A stretch of 64,000 nt of DNA from Chara braunii (taxonomy: Eukaryota > Plantae > Charophyceae), in contig BFEA01000007.1 of assembly GCA_003427395.1 (NCBI GenBank), positions 6,058,237-6,122,236 of the forward strand, read 5' to 3'. Below the pieces are notes generated by a model that was not told where the DNA came from, made no database searches, and saw only the letters and a program-made list of their open reading frames with translations. The stretch's first letter is position 1. Each line of letters opens with the position of its first letter. This document shows positions 14,642 to 26,965 of the stretch, one piece after another. Both the position numbers and the translations under genes were made by a program.

Positions 14642-15314
14642 GGGCCTGGACCCACTAGCAAGGTATTCTACCACGCCGTTCAGGATTTCGATCACGTGTG
14701 GCATCGAGTGACTCAGTACAGCCGTCGAATAGATCGGATCTCGACGGCCTGGTAGTTTCCGAGCGGGGACTGTAAAGATGCCCACCTCCCGTCCAATGAG
14801 ATGCGTCGAAAAAAGAAAAAAAAAACAGAAGTTGGGCTAACTTGGACATGATAGCTCGTGGCTTTGCGTGGGCGGGAAGTCAGGATTTTATGGGCTCTAA
14901 AGGGGGGGGGTTGATTTCCAGACTTGGTTTTTCCTTTTTTTTGGCTCTGAGAAATAGAACTTGAAATGTGAAATTCGAATATTGTGGTGCATCTGTCGGA
15001 TGGCCTGCTAAAGGCATCATGAGATACATTGCGAGGAATGTATCCCAATACCCGTTACTTGTTCATCCTCGTGAATGTGTTTGTGGACACATTTTATGGC
15101 CACGGTACATCACTATGAAGACTTACGTGACGGAGATCGTACCAACCCATGAATTCAGGTGCATAGCTGTTCTTCATAGTTTTATGTGCTATTTCAATTC
15201 ATTTTAAATCAGAAAACGATCCATTCATGCAAATAAAAAATCACTTTGTATTTTCCAAAAAACCATAAAACTGTGTCACACGTCCTAGAATACTTCGCTA
15301 GTGGGTCCAGGCCC
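14642..15314. mobile_element. Non-autonomous TIR element (MITE), PIF/Harbinger-like
   Basis: About 29-bp TIRs GGGCCTGGACCCACTAGCAAGGTATTCTA / TAGAATACTTCGCTAGTGGGTCCAGGCCC; 3-bp CTG duplication at 14639-14641 and 15315-15317. Confidence 0.8.
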
Positions 15315-15319
15315 CTGGG

Positions 15320-15830
15320 AAAAAAAAGGGAAAAACAAACAACAAGCATCAATGCCACCAAGGCCTGCAAAGCCACACAAGTCTACAAAAGAAAAAAGAA
15401 AAAAAGGAAAGGAGAAAAAAAGAAAAAAAGAAAGAAGAGAAAAAAAAACAAGACGCACCAACCACCCACAAAACAAAACCCACCTCTCCCCCCCATTCTA
15501 GCCTCCTCTCCAATTAACTACCCCACTCCTACTCCAACCAAGGCTTCTACTGCTATTCTACTAGTTTCGTACTTCACTTCAAACACTCATTATATCTCAC
15601 TCTACCACACCAACTAGCAATCCTCCCTAACTACATACCACCTAAAGCGGTGGTGGGTAACTCCGCTCGAGATACCACTACCTGTTTCATCCGTCACTCC
15701 CTCCTTCCTAAACCCATCTGCCTGTCCACTGCGACCCAACCATCAACCGAGCGGATAGGTTGTTCCTTCTGACAGATTTAAAAATATAGCCACTCCTTCA
15801 GTACCAACTTGCCTTCCTCCGAACCAAAGA
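15320..15830 (-). mobile_element. LINE 3' fragment (end of ORF2 plus probable 3' UTR)
   Basis: EEGKLVLKEWLYF matches the LINE tail EEDKLVLKEWL at about 16350-16385. Confidence 0.5.
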
Positions 15831-15989
15831 CAAGCAGCCATACTGTGGCTACTGTCAATGGTTGCCACCCCATCAGCAGTATATCTAGTAGAGCATGGAA
15901 TGAAGATTGAGATGACATGTCAGCCATGCCAATGGGCATTTGAATCAACAGTACATCTGTGGTGGGGCTGCCCAGCATAGACACAAATC

Positions 15990-16390
15990 TGGAAGTGGTG
16001 GACCAGTAAATGGAATCAACTATCGAATGCAGCTGTACCATGGGACAAAATCTGGACCTTGCTAGGCGGAGTACCAGACGGAATACCGTTGATGGAAGGT
16101 TGGGGCTACGTGGCCCAAGTCTCAAGGGCTGTAATCTGTGCAACGATATGGCAGAGCAGGAATGACCGAGTGTTTAAACATGAAGACTGGACAAACAAAC
16201 AGTTACGAGCAACAGCGCAACAAGGCATCAGACAGCCAGTGCTAGCAGACTGGAGAAGAAAGGTAACGAAGGCAGACAGCACAGCAAGAGGGATCGTTTG
16301 GTTCAAGAAGACATGGTGCTGCAATGGCACCTTTACCTCCATTTCGGAGGAAGACAAGTTGGTACTGAAGGAGTGGCTCCTGCATTTTAA
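15990..16390 (+). mobile_element. LINE ORF2 C-terminal fragment, interrupted at TTAA by a DNA transposon
   Basis: ICATIWQSRNDRVF is the W-x-I-W-x-x-R-N-type motif of L1-like ORF2 ends; it stops at TTAA 16387-16390. Confidence 0.7.
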
Positions 16391-16749
16391 ACCACCAGTA
16401 CCTCGCCCAGCTGTAAACAAAAGTAGCCGTCATTAACGCGCCGCCACTTTCGGGGGTCGGGGAGACCAATGCCCGGTCGCTGCAATTTTCTGAAAAAACA
16501 AAATTCGCAAAATTAGAAAATAACAAACCATTTTCCACGATTCAAATTTCCCATAAAACCATGGTGTCGGGTGGGCCTAAAATGTTTTCGTTACCGGTAC
16601 CCCTATGTGACACCCGCGGCCTAGGCCGTGGGCATTTTGGCCGCTGCGGCCGAGATTCTCGGCTGCGGCCGTGGCCGATGAGGCCCAGTCCGCGGCCTGT
16701 TTTTTCAATATTTCTCCCCCCCCCAAAAAAAAATACGTAAAAAAAAAAA
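16391..16749. mobile_element. Left end of a TTAA/ACC-terminus DNA transposon, running into the gap
   Basis: TTAA|ACCACCAGTACCTCGCCCAGCT matches the TIRs of element 60621-61569. Confidence 0.65.
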
Positions 16750-17550
16750 NNNNNNNNNNNNNNNNNNNNNNNNNNNNNNNNNNNNNNNNNNNNNNNNNNN
16801 NNNNNNNNNNNNNNNNNNNNNNNNNNNNNNNNNNNNNNNNNNNNNNNNNNNNNNNNNNNNNNNNNNNNNNNNNNNNNNNNNNNNNNNNNNNNNNNNNNNN
16901 NNNNNNNNNNNNNNNNNNNNNNNNNNNNNNNNNNNNNNNNNNNNNNNNNNNNNNNNNNNNNNNNNNNNNNNNNNNNNNNNNNNNNNNNNNNNNNNNNNNN
17001 NNNNNNNNNNNNNNNNNNNNNNNNNNNNNNNNNNNNNNNNNNNNNNNNNNNNNNNNNNNNNNNNNNNNNNNNNNNNNNNNNNNNNNNNNNNNNNNNNNNN
17101 NNNNNNNNNNNNNNNNNNNNNNNNNNNNNNNNNNNNNNNNNNNNNNNNNNNNNNNNNNNNNNNNNNNNNNNNNNNNNNNNNNNNNNNNNNNNNNNNNNNN
17201 NNNNNNNNNNNNNNNNNNNNNNNNNNNNNNNNNNNNNNNNNNNNNNNNNNNNNNNNNNNNNNNNNNNNNNNNNNNNNNNNNNNNNNNNNNNNNNNNNNNN
17301 NNNNNNNNNNNNNNNNNNNNNNNNNNNNNNNNNNNNNNNNNNNNNNNNNNNNNNNNNNNNNNNNNNNNNNNNNNNNNNNNNNNNNNNNNNNNNNNNNNNN
17401 NNNNNNNNNNNNNNNNNNNNNNNNNNNNNNNNNNNNNNNNNNNNNNNNNNNNNNNNNNNNNNNNNNNNNNNNNNNNNNNNNNNNNNNNNNNNNNNNNNNN
17501 NNNNNNNNNNNNNNNNNNNNNNNNNNNNNNNNNNNNNNNNNNNNNNNNNN
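16750..17550. other. Assembly gap (N run)
   Basis: Seen directly. Confidence 1.
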
Positions 17551-19039
17551 GAGAGAGAGAGTGATACATGCCTAGTTGGGCAATGTATGTACAGCCAAGG
17601 ATCCGCAATGTGATGAAGAGGACTGAATGGACAATGCATTGTTAGTGAAACATCAACAGGCAATGTACACCCTGATACATACAAAACGGCACAAAATAGC
17701 GCAGTGGAAGACTTTGAGATAAGTCCTGACCTGACCGGGACTGACGTGACACCCCATCACTCATCACACTTGTGAGAGAGGAGGGACCACGCACAGAGAA
17801 GAAAGGTCCCTCCTTTGCTCACACACACACACACACACACATGTGGGGAGATACCACAGATGAGAGATGGGGGGAGATGAGAGACGACGATGGATGTGAG
17901 GGAGAAGACCAAGATCGCAATAGCGAAGTCCAAAAATAGTCCCTTGCCGAGGTCCAATCAATGTCTGCCTCAAGAATGTCGAATCAGATCCTGGGCCTTC
18001 TGCCCATTGTAGCCTTTGCCTGTAATCCCTCTCAGTCTCGTATCTGAAGAAGAAAATGAAGAAGAACGAGGGGGGCGGAGGAAGGAGGGGAGAGGGAGAC
18101 GAGATGGAGGGCGAGAAGGAAGAACAAGATGTCGCCCTCCTCGCTGCCTCACCTGCAGGTAACTGCCTTCGTACTGAGCGAGATGAAGGAGGAGGACAGA
18201 GGAAGGAGGAGAGAGGGAGACAAGATGGAGGGCGAGAAGGAAGAAGAAGATGTCGCCCTCCTCGCTGCCTTACCTGCAGGTAACTGCTGTCGAATTGACC
18301 GTCGTGGTCATCCTGTGCAGGTACCGCACGGAGCCCCGGCTATGGTGCCAGGTAAGTTCGCCACTACAGGCATGGCCTCCGCCACTCTCTCCCTCCTATG
18401 CCTCTCCTTCCCAGCTTTGCATCGCAGCGCCAAAACAGCGCAGCCTCCAACCAGCAGCATGTCGCTCAAGAAGTGCGCTACCCGGACTGTTCCCAGCCCA
18501 GCCTCAGCCCAGCTATAAGTAGCGCTGGGCCTGCTGGGCATCCTCAGGTACTGGCCTCAAAACGGCCTACTTGGTATGGGCCCCTACTGGGTATCCAGAC
18601 CGCGCTGGTGATGCAGCGAGGCGCCACAACGTGCCTGCGCTCAAAAAGGTCTCGTCCCTGTGTACCTGGGGCCTGTAAGTCTGAAACAACATCTGCACAG
18701 ACAAGAATAAGACAGCATGTAAGTAATAACTAAATAAATAAATAACTGAGTGCTGCCTCAGGCCAGGGCGTGTGCTGGATGGCATGCGGCCTGGGGCCCC
18801 TCATCAATCGTCAGGCCTTGAATGGGGCCCATGTGCTCCTTATGAAATTAAGCCGGGTCGGGGCGGAAGTTGACGATCTGAAGGCGGAACGTGGATGTGA
18901 GTGCGACGTGGAGCTGAAGATGTCGGCTTGCCTTGCAACTTGCGTTCGTAGCGTGGGAGAACATCCAAAGCTGTTGCTTGAAGTTCCACGCGGGTCAACC
19001 AACGAACAGCTTTATGGGTGCAGTACACAAAATGTACTA

Positions 19040-22000
19040 AGTACTCGACCGGATGCCAGTCCACGCCATCGTGTTGTTTGAGGACGACACCAATGCCATA
19101 GCCGGACGCATCAGTAGTGACTTGCGTTGGCAACAACGGGTCGTAGATACGCAAGACCTCCGCGGATAGTAACGGGGCTTTGAGGGCTAAAAATGATTCT
19201 TGCGCATCCTCTCCGGAGTCGAACGACCGATCCTCACATTGAAGCTTGGTTAAGTGGGCCGCAATCTTTGAGTATCCCTTGATAAAACGTTGGTAGTAGC
19301 CGACAAGGCCAAAAAATGAATGGACATCGGTGACGGTCCGCAGCTCCGGCCACTCTTGGATGGCTTGAATCTTGTTCGACAATGGACCGATGCCCTTCGG
19401 TGTGACAAAATGGCCCAAGTATTCCAGCTCTAGCCGGACAAATTCACACTTGTCACGGTTGGCTTTGTACTTGGCGCGACGGAGCGTCGTCGACACTCGT
19501 CGAAGGTGCTGAAGATGATCCTCCAAGGTCCGGTTATAGACGAGGATGTTGTCTAAGTAGGCCAGCACGAACCGGTCCAACATCTCATGAAGCTCGTTGG
19601 TCATCGCCGCTTGAAAGATCGCCGGGGCATTTGTGAGGCCAAAAGGCATGACCACCCACTTGAACTGCCCGTACCATGTCTTGAACGCGGATTTATAGCA
19701 ATGTTTTGGGCGTATCGAAATTTGATGATAGCCCGACTTCAAGTCCAACTTGGAAAAATACTTTGCGTCGCCCAATCGCTCAAGGAGATCGTCAATACGA
19801 GGAAGAGGCCCCACATTCTTGACGGTTTGCTCGTTGAGCTTGCGGTAATCGATGCACAATCGTAGATCCTTGGTTCTTCTTTCGTACAAAGAGAACTGGC
19901 GTGCCATATGATGAGCTACTAAGGTGGATCTAACCCTTGTCCAACAAGTCATCGAGTTGTGCGTGGATGATCGTAAGCTCCTCGTCGCTCATCCGATAAA
20001 TGCAACCTTTAGGTGGCACGGTACCGGCCTCGAGAATAATCTCGTGAGAGATCGGTCGATCCGACACGACACCTGTAGGTGACTCGAAGATGTCGGCGAA
20101 CTTGTCAAGCAACCGCACCACATGGGGGTCTGAAGACAAGTCCGTGGGTGAAGAGTCGGCTACCGCGACTGTTCGCAGGAAACATAGGTCTATCTTGTTG
20201 GGCTGCTAGTAAGCACAAGTAGTTCGAAACGACTTGGCCGTCACCACTTGGCACTGGATCGAAGGGTGCGGAAGAGGAATAGTACACAACATTTTGGCAT
20301 CAAAGGCATTGTGGACGGTAAAAGTCTGTCCATGGAAGTTGACCGTGCGATCCGCACTTGCAAGCCAAGTGATTCCCAAAATGATATCGAAGTTTATGTC
20401 CAAAATGTCGAACGTCACCTATTCACATGCATGAGGTGCGAAGTACATCGGGCAGCCTCGATGAAGCGGTCGGAATTTGCTGGGTCTTTCCGTTCGCCAA
20501 CTTGATCGTTGTTGGGTTTGCTTTCCTCCGAACTTGTGCGCCAAGGCGAGCCCTTTGCATAAAGGCTTGGCTCATGAAATTGCGAGTCGAGCCGCTATCC
20601 AACGAAGCGCTGCAGGATGCTTGCCCAACTTGGATGCAGACATAGAGGAGCGGTGCGTTGTTGTCATCGTACCGCAGCGTGCGAAACTCATGGGCCACCT
20701 TGGTAACATATGCAAGGATGTCCCCCACCGCAGTTTTGTCATCCGTTGGCGAAGTTGGTGGTGCATAGAAGGATAACTATGTGTGAAGATGAGCGCATAG
20801 TGTTGTGCATTGCGGTCCCAACAAGCTGCCCGTGGGCGGGAGAGGAAGCCATGCGAAATCCTTGGATGTGAGCGGGTCCAATACCTCTATGTTGAACTCA
20901 CGAGGCGAATCCCGTGAAGAACTGCTGGAAGACGATAAGTCGCCGTTGTTGGATGGAGAAGATACCGCACACACGTCTTGTCCTTGAGCATGAGTACCCA
21001 GCGTAGGAACGAGCCGGGCAGCATAGTCCTCAAAATAAGATAATATGGGAGGTATTGACTTTTGCGTGTGCCTTGGAACGAAGGGCGGTCGCATGCGTAG
21101 CAACAAGTTTCGAAGGCGTCGAGAGTGTCGTTGACTCACTCTCGGCGGTGCTCCCTTTCTCGACTGTTTGCCCTTTGGCTTCAAAGGACAGCCCACTGCT
21201 TCGTGGAGATCACCGTTACACCATAAACAATAGGGGAATCTCGTGCGTAGCTTGTATACGTGCTCCGAGAGACCATAGTGGGTCCATGCATCATGCGCTG
21301 GTGCGCCAGGCCCGGGGTTTGACGTCGTGTTTGTTTTCGATTTGCCGCGTCCTCGGCCTTTGCCGGGGCGGCCACCATCCCGGGCGGTTGCGAGTCTGTC
21401 CCCTTCATTGGTGGACACTGCCTCGCTTGAAGGGTCGGTCGGCATTGCCGCAGCGACCACGGCCACCTTCGGCCGATGCTGTTCTCTGGTTGGGCCTGCT
21501 GCAGACGAATGGGGAAGGTTCTTGGCCTCCATGTTCGTGACAGTAATCTGCGCGGCCTTGTCGAAGTGCTCCGCTGTTGTCGTGAGAGTCTTCGCAACAT
21601 GAGTCAATGCATTGGATAGTGTCGGACACAACCTCGTAATGAACTAGTGTTTGATGGCCATAAAGCCCATCGGTACGCCCGACTTTGATGCCAAGCGTTG
21701 GAACTGGGCAATCCAATCGCCGCTCGGCAGCGTGCCTTGTTGGAAAGTCAGCAACTTGTCCATTACCTTGATTTCCGGTCGCTCTATTTGTAAACGTTTA
21801 TGCCACGCCGCCTTCAGATCATCCCGACTGATCTTGGTATACAAGTCGGCAGCCACCACCCCGTACTTGGACAAGAGATTGTCCAATCTCGCTTGGCACG
21901 CGCCCCTCGATCGGGAGTACAAATACGCGTGTTTCATCTCCTCACTGGTGTGGTGGAGCTGAAACTTTAGTTCGAACATGCGGAACCACAAAATTTGGTC

Positions 22001-22900
22001 CGTCTTCATAGAGTCGCAGAAAATCTCTTGACCATCCAACTTCGGAGTCGTTTTGCGTGGTGACATTCTCGAGTTAGCAGCGGCAGCGCAGATCCGCTGC
22101 TGAAGTTGTCGAGTCGCGGTTTGCTGTAGCTGCGTGCCGTTCTTGAGTACTCCGACGTCGACTTCCAATGCGTTGAGGCGATCAAAAGTGTTGGAGGAGC
22201 TGGCGACGGGTCGTTGCTCCAGCTGCTGTAAGCGGCTGCTGACTCGCTTGACCTTGTAGTCGAGGGAATGGATGTCCTCTTGTTGTGCAATGCACGTGGC
22301 CAGGAGGTCCGTGACGAGGAGAGTAACAACGCGATCTTGAGTTCGCTGTCGCTCATCTTAACACCCTCGGCCTCGGACCGCCATTCCGCTGCCATGTTGA
22401 GTAAGGCCCGCTCTCCTCCAAATATGTTATCACATCGCATGTTGCATTCCTCATCGGCAGCCTTTGTTGCCGCCTCGTCATGCGGGCGCTTCTGTTCGAA
22501 CGCCAGCAGACGTGCTTTCTCTATATCCTCGGCCTTCTTCTTCTCTTCGGCTGCTACCCTATCTGACCGTTGCTTGGCCTCGTTGATCAAGGTCTGCATT
22601 CGGGCCTGATAGGCCTCGCCCGTTTCCCCTTGCTTCTGGTCCATGATGGCTGTTTGAGACCAGGTTGGAGGAATGCTGGCGTGGCACTTCCAGCTGCTGA
22701 TGTGGCACTGCCCGGTTGCTGATGTGGCACGGTTGTCGGCTGACATGTTGCTGATGTGTCATTGCTGACATGGCCTGCTGATGTGGTCTGCTGATGTGGT
22801 CTGCTGATGTGGTCTGCTGTTGTGACCTGCTGATGTGGCCTGCTTATGTGGTCTGCTGAGGTGGTCTGCTAACGTGGCAACTCACCAATGCCGCAGTAAG
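19040..22900 (-). mobile_element. Decayed Ty3/gypsy retrotransposon G1: gag, zinc knuckle, protease, RT, truncated RNase H; no integrase
   Basis: CLWCNGDLHEAVGC (CCHC knuckle); LDSGSTRNF (protease); LRLCIDYRKLN, FSKLDLKSGYHQ, MPFGLTNAP and YLDN (mutated YxDD); TDASGYGIG (RNase H) ending at DWHPVEY; many stops and frameshifts. Confidence 0.92.
22694..22878. repeat. Tandem 13-bp repeats (TGCTGATGTGGTC) in the 5' leader of G1
   Basis: More than 10 degenerate copies seen directly. Confidence 0.85.
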
Positions 22901-23001
22901 GGTTACCAGGAGACAGATGGAGAAGGAAAGGAGGAGGGTGCAACAGCATAGGTGGGGGTGGGTGGGATTGATCGCCCAGATAAGGAGTCGCTAATCAAAC
23001 A

Positions 23002-23208
<207 letters not shown>

Positions 23209-23222
23209 TCAAGAAATTAATA

Positions 23223-24457
23223 GTTAAAGAACAAACTCGACATGCAAGTTCAGTAGGTCTCCCGATCCCCCTCAAATTCGAAATTATGTAAAAAATTCGG
23301 CTTTTCAGACTGCAAACGAATAATAATAATGAATAATAAATAACGAAACTGCGGAAAACTGTCCGCAAGTTCCAAGGATTCCAAAAAGTAAAAATGTGGA
23401 ATCAATCAGATGTGCAAGGAACATGAATGTGGACGAAGCACAAAAATCCAGATTGCAAAATGACACTGAAGTCCAAGTAGTCAAAGCAAGAGCAGATAGC
23501 ACAATGGAACCGAGTAACCATCCCTTTGAGAATGATACATAAGAATCGTGAGTCAATGTCCAAGCCCAATCGGGCAACACAAACAGCATAACCCAATGTA
23601 GCTCTCTCTCTTGAATGGCGCCAAGCGCCCTACCTACTCTACAGCCTATTACTACAACTACAGCATGAAAGCAACCAGAAAACTTGACGACCAGCGAGTG
23701 ATGATGTCAACACCAATGCCGACCTCCTCTCCACCAGGTACGTCTCTCTCTTCTCCCTCACTCTCCCTTGTTATCCCACACAGCGCCCTTCACCTCCGAA
23801 GAACCACCTTCGCCCTTCACCTTCTCTGCGCCCACAGGCAGCCCAGCTATGGCTGCCAGCGCCCTGCGCCCAGGCTGCGCTCTACCGCTTAGCGCCAGCC
23901 TGCCCTCACTCAGCCTAGCGCAGCGCAGGCGCACTCACAATGCAGCAGCGTGCCGGCCTTGCTCACAATGGCCAAGATTTCCTGCCCACTCGCCCTCCCT
24001 GCCTATATGCCAGTGTTGCGTGTGGGCGGCCTCCCTTGAGCCTGCGCCCGGGCCCCAATACCTTTACCCGGGCCCAATGCGGTTGGGGCCCAGGAGATGC
24101 AGTTGTGCCCCTTTCACCAAGGCCTGCGACCAGATTCAGATAGTGGACCGGTTTCCCATTGGCATTTTCGGCCTCTATATCCAGCATGCATTGTCGGCCT
24201 CACGTTTATGTGCCCAGGGCCTAACCAATTTTGGGGCCTTGGGATTTCTGCATTTGCAGAGATCCGATACTCGGTGCACTCCAACCAACTGGCGTGCGGC
24301 AACTGTATGGACCCCACTTCGTGAAATGTTTGAACAAAGGGCTCTTGTTGATTTGCTGGCCCGCCTTCACTTAGGGCGGGCACGAGGCTTGCTGGGGGCC
24401 TTAGCCCAGAACATGTACATCATGGCAAGGCCCCTTTTTGAGGGCTCAATCCTCACA
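23223..24457 (-). repeat. 3' LTR of G2 (far end approximate)
   Basis: Begins TG directly after the PPT; the distal end abuts the AT-rich plastid insert. Confidence 0.7.
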
Positions 24458-26080
24458 TTCCATCCCCCTTAGCTTTGAAAGTCCGTTGAGATGCTTACTT
24501 CGCAGGTGCCTTTTTTAACATTCTCTCATAATCTGCCACCACTTGAGGAGCTGTGTCAATCAGTTCCTCTCTAGTAAACCACCGATCTTCCTTCGGATCC
24601 GTATGATGCCTGAATCTGACGCGATACTCCCGCTTGGGTTTTGGAGGTCTTCCTTTACCCAGTGGCTTTGGAACAGGCAGATCTCCGTGATCCACAATGT
24701 CGTCGATGTCCACTTGACCATCCATGGTTGGGGGCAGCATTGATCTCCTGGAAGGGAATTGATCTGTCTCAGCGAAAGGTGCAAGCTTTGAGGCATGAAA
24801 GACAGGGTGAGTGCGCAGATGACCAGGGATGCGGATAACATAGGTAGGACCATCCAATTCATCCCCAACTCTGTCCAGGACCTCCCAGGGACCAAAATAC
24901 TGAGGCATTAGTTTACGAGAGATTCCGAATTCCTGTCCTAGCTCACTAGCCTTGACCCAGACCCGCTCCCCTACCTGAAATGAGGACTGCCAACGATGTT
25001 TGTTCTCAGAAGCAATCATTGCTTGCTGAGATTTCTTGATATGCTCGACAACTTGCTGTAGCAACTTCTCATAGTGCACATCGTACTCAAGTGTGCCTGG
25101 AGTTTTAGAGGATCGATTTTCAGGCAGGAGGAAGTCTAGTGCTGATCTAGGTTTCCATCCCAAGTGTAGCTGGTTAGGACTGACGCCGGTACTGCTGTGT
25201 ACAACATTGTTGTACATGCTGGCGATGAGAGGCAATTTCTCATCCCAGTCATCCTGGCTGGGCTTGATGTAATGCCTCAGCAAGTGTTGTACAACTCTGT
25301 TCATCTGCTAGGCGTGTCCGTTTGCTTCGGGATGATTCCCTGAAGTCATCTGAAGTTGAGTGCCCGTCTGTTCAGCAGTCTTCTTCCACAACTCACTTGT
25401 GAAACGAACATCTCTGTCACTAACGATTGACTTTGGTAATCCAAAATCACGCACCCAGTTGTCCAAAAACAACTTGATGACGTGTTCAGTCCTTGCGGTC
25501 TCTGGCATGGCAATTAGTCTAGCGTACTTGGTGAATCGGTCTATGATGACAAAGATGTGCCTCTTGCCATTCTTGCTGGTCACCAGGGTGTCCATGAAAT
25601 CCATGGAAACACTCTGTCTTGGACCAGCGGGGATAGGTAAGGGCTTCAGCAACCCAAGCGGTGCTTGAGTTCGCGGCTTGTCCCGCTGACAGACCTGACA
25701 GGTCTCAACATACTTCTTTGCATCTTCTAGCATTCCGGGCCACCAAAATCGCTGTACTAGATTGGCACTCGTCTTTTTGTAGCCAAAGTGTCCGGTTGCG
25801 TCATGACATTCTCCTAAGAATAAACTACGCAAACGTTCACTAGATGGAACAACTAGCCTTATCAAGAAAGAGAATCCCGTCCACCATCACAAACTCATCT
25901 TCTGTGGCCTTGTCTTTTGCCTGAAGTTTGCATATGATGTGCATCGTGACAGGGTCTTCCTGATAGGCTCCCATAAGCGATTGAGTTAGTTCCTCAGATA
26001 CACCAAACTCGGAAACTAGCGCCCCTAGGTAGTCTGCTCTACGGGACAGCGCATCTGCAACCTTGTTGTACTCTCCCTTC
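23223..26080 (-). mobile_element. Ty3/gypsy chromovirus G2, 3' half: RNase H tail, integrase, chromodomain, PPT and 3' LTR
   Basis: HHCC (ECHDATGHFG...CQVC), DDE core (SMDFM, SDRD, HPEANG), YFGPWEV and HPVFHAS, then a chromodomain. PPT AGGGGGATGGAA (24458-24469) is followed by LTR start TGTGAGG at 24457. An in-frame TAG lies at 25308. Confidence 0.92.
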
Positions 26081-26965
26081 GACTCCTTTTTCTTCTTCTT
26101 CTTCCTCCTCCTCCCCCTCTGGTCTTCTTCGTTTTCTTGTTTTTCCTCTTTTCCTTCTCCCCTACTCGTTTTCTTTCTCCTCCTTTTCTTCTTAGTTCGT
26201 CAACATTCGGTAGGTAATGTGAGACACGGCAGGTAAAAAAAAAACAAAAAAAAATGAGGGTCGTTCTCCTCCCCCTCCTCCGCTCATCTTCTTCTTCTCT
26301 CCTCGTTGTCCTCTCGTTTTTTTCTTCTTCCCCTCCCCCTACCGTTTTCATCTTTCTCCTCGACCTTTCTTCATCTTCTTCTTCCTCCCCTTCTCACCTA
26401 TTCTTCTTCTTCTTCTTCTTCTTCTTCTGCTCCATTCGCTAGGTCTTCTTCTCTCCTTGTCTTCTTCCCTTCCTTCCCTACTCCCTCCCTGCTTTTCTCC
26501 ATCCTCCCATCCATCCTTCCCTCCTTCCATCCCATCCCGCCATCCTCCATCCTCCATCCATCCATCCATCACTCCCTCCATCCCATCTCACCATTCTCCA
26601 TCACTCCCTCCCTCCATCCCATCTCGACATCCTCCATCATCCATCCATCCATTGATCACTACCTCCATCCCTCCCTCCCCCCCCCATCTCGCCATCCCTC
26701 GCCCCCTCCATCCATCCATCCATCTTCTTCTTCTTCTTGGACGTTGTTAAGCAGTCTCCCTCCATCCCTCCATCCTCCCATCTCGCTATCCCCCCCCACC
26801 CTCCATCCATCCATCTTCTTCTTCTTCTTCTTCTTCTGCGACGTTTTTAAGCAGTCTCCCTCCATCCTCCCATCTCGCCATCCCTCCCCCCTTCCATCCA
26901 TCCATTCATCTTCTTCTTCTTCTTCTTGTTCTCGTCGGTCTTCTTCATTTTTTGTCAGTCTTGTT
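26080..26965. repeat. Low-complexity (CTT)n/(CCAT)n pyrimidine tract
   Basis: Seen directly. Confidence 0.85.

Noticed and set aside
16542-17684. Long ORFs of 297-380 aa
   Set aside because: Artefacts of translating through the N gap
17551-19040. LTR-like sequence next to the truncated G1 RNase H
   Set aside because: No PPT, partner LTR or clear termini; the left side is lost in the gap
22694-22878. Regular short repeats resembling a CRISPR array (also 32940-33130 and 44820-44975)
   Set aside because: Head-to-tail tandem repeats without unique spacers, no cas genes, located in retroelement context
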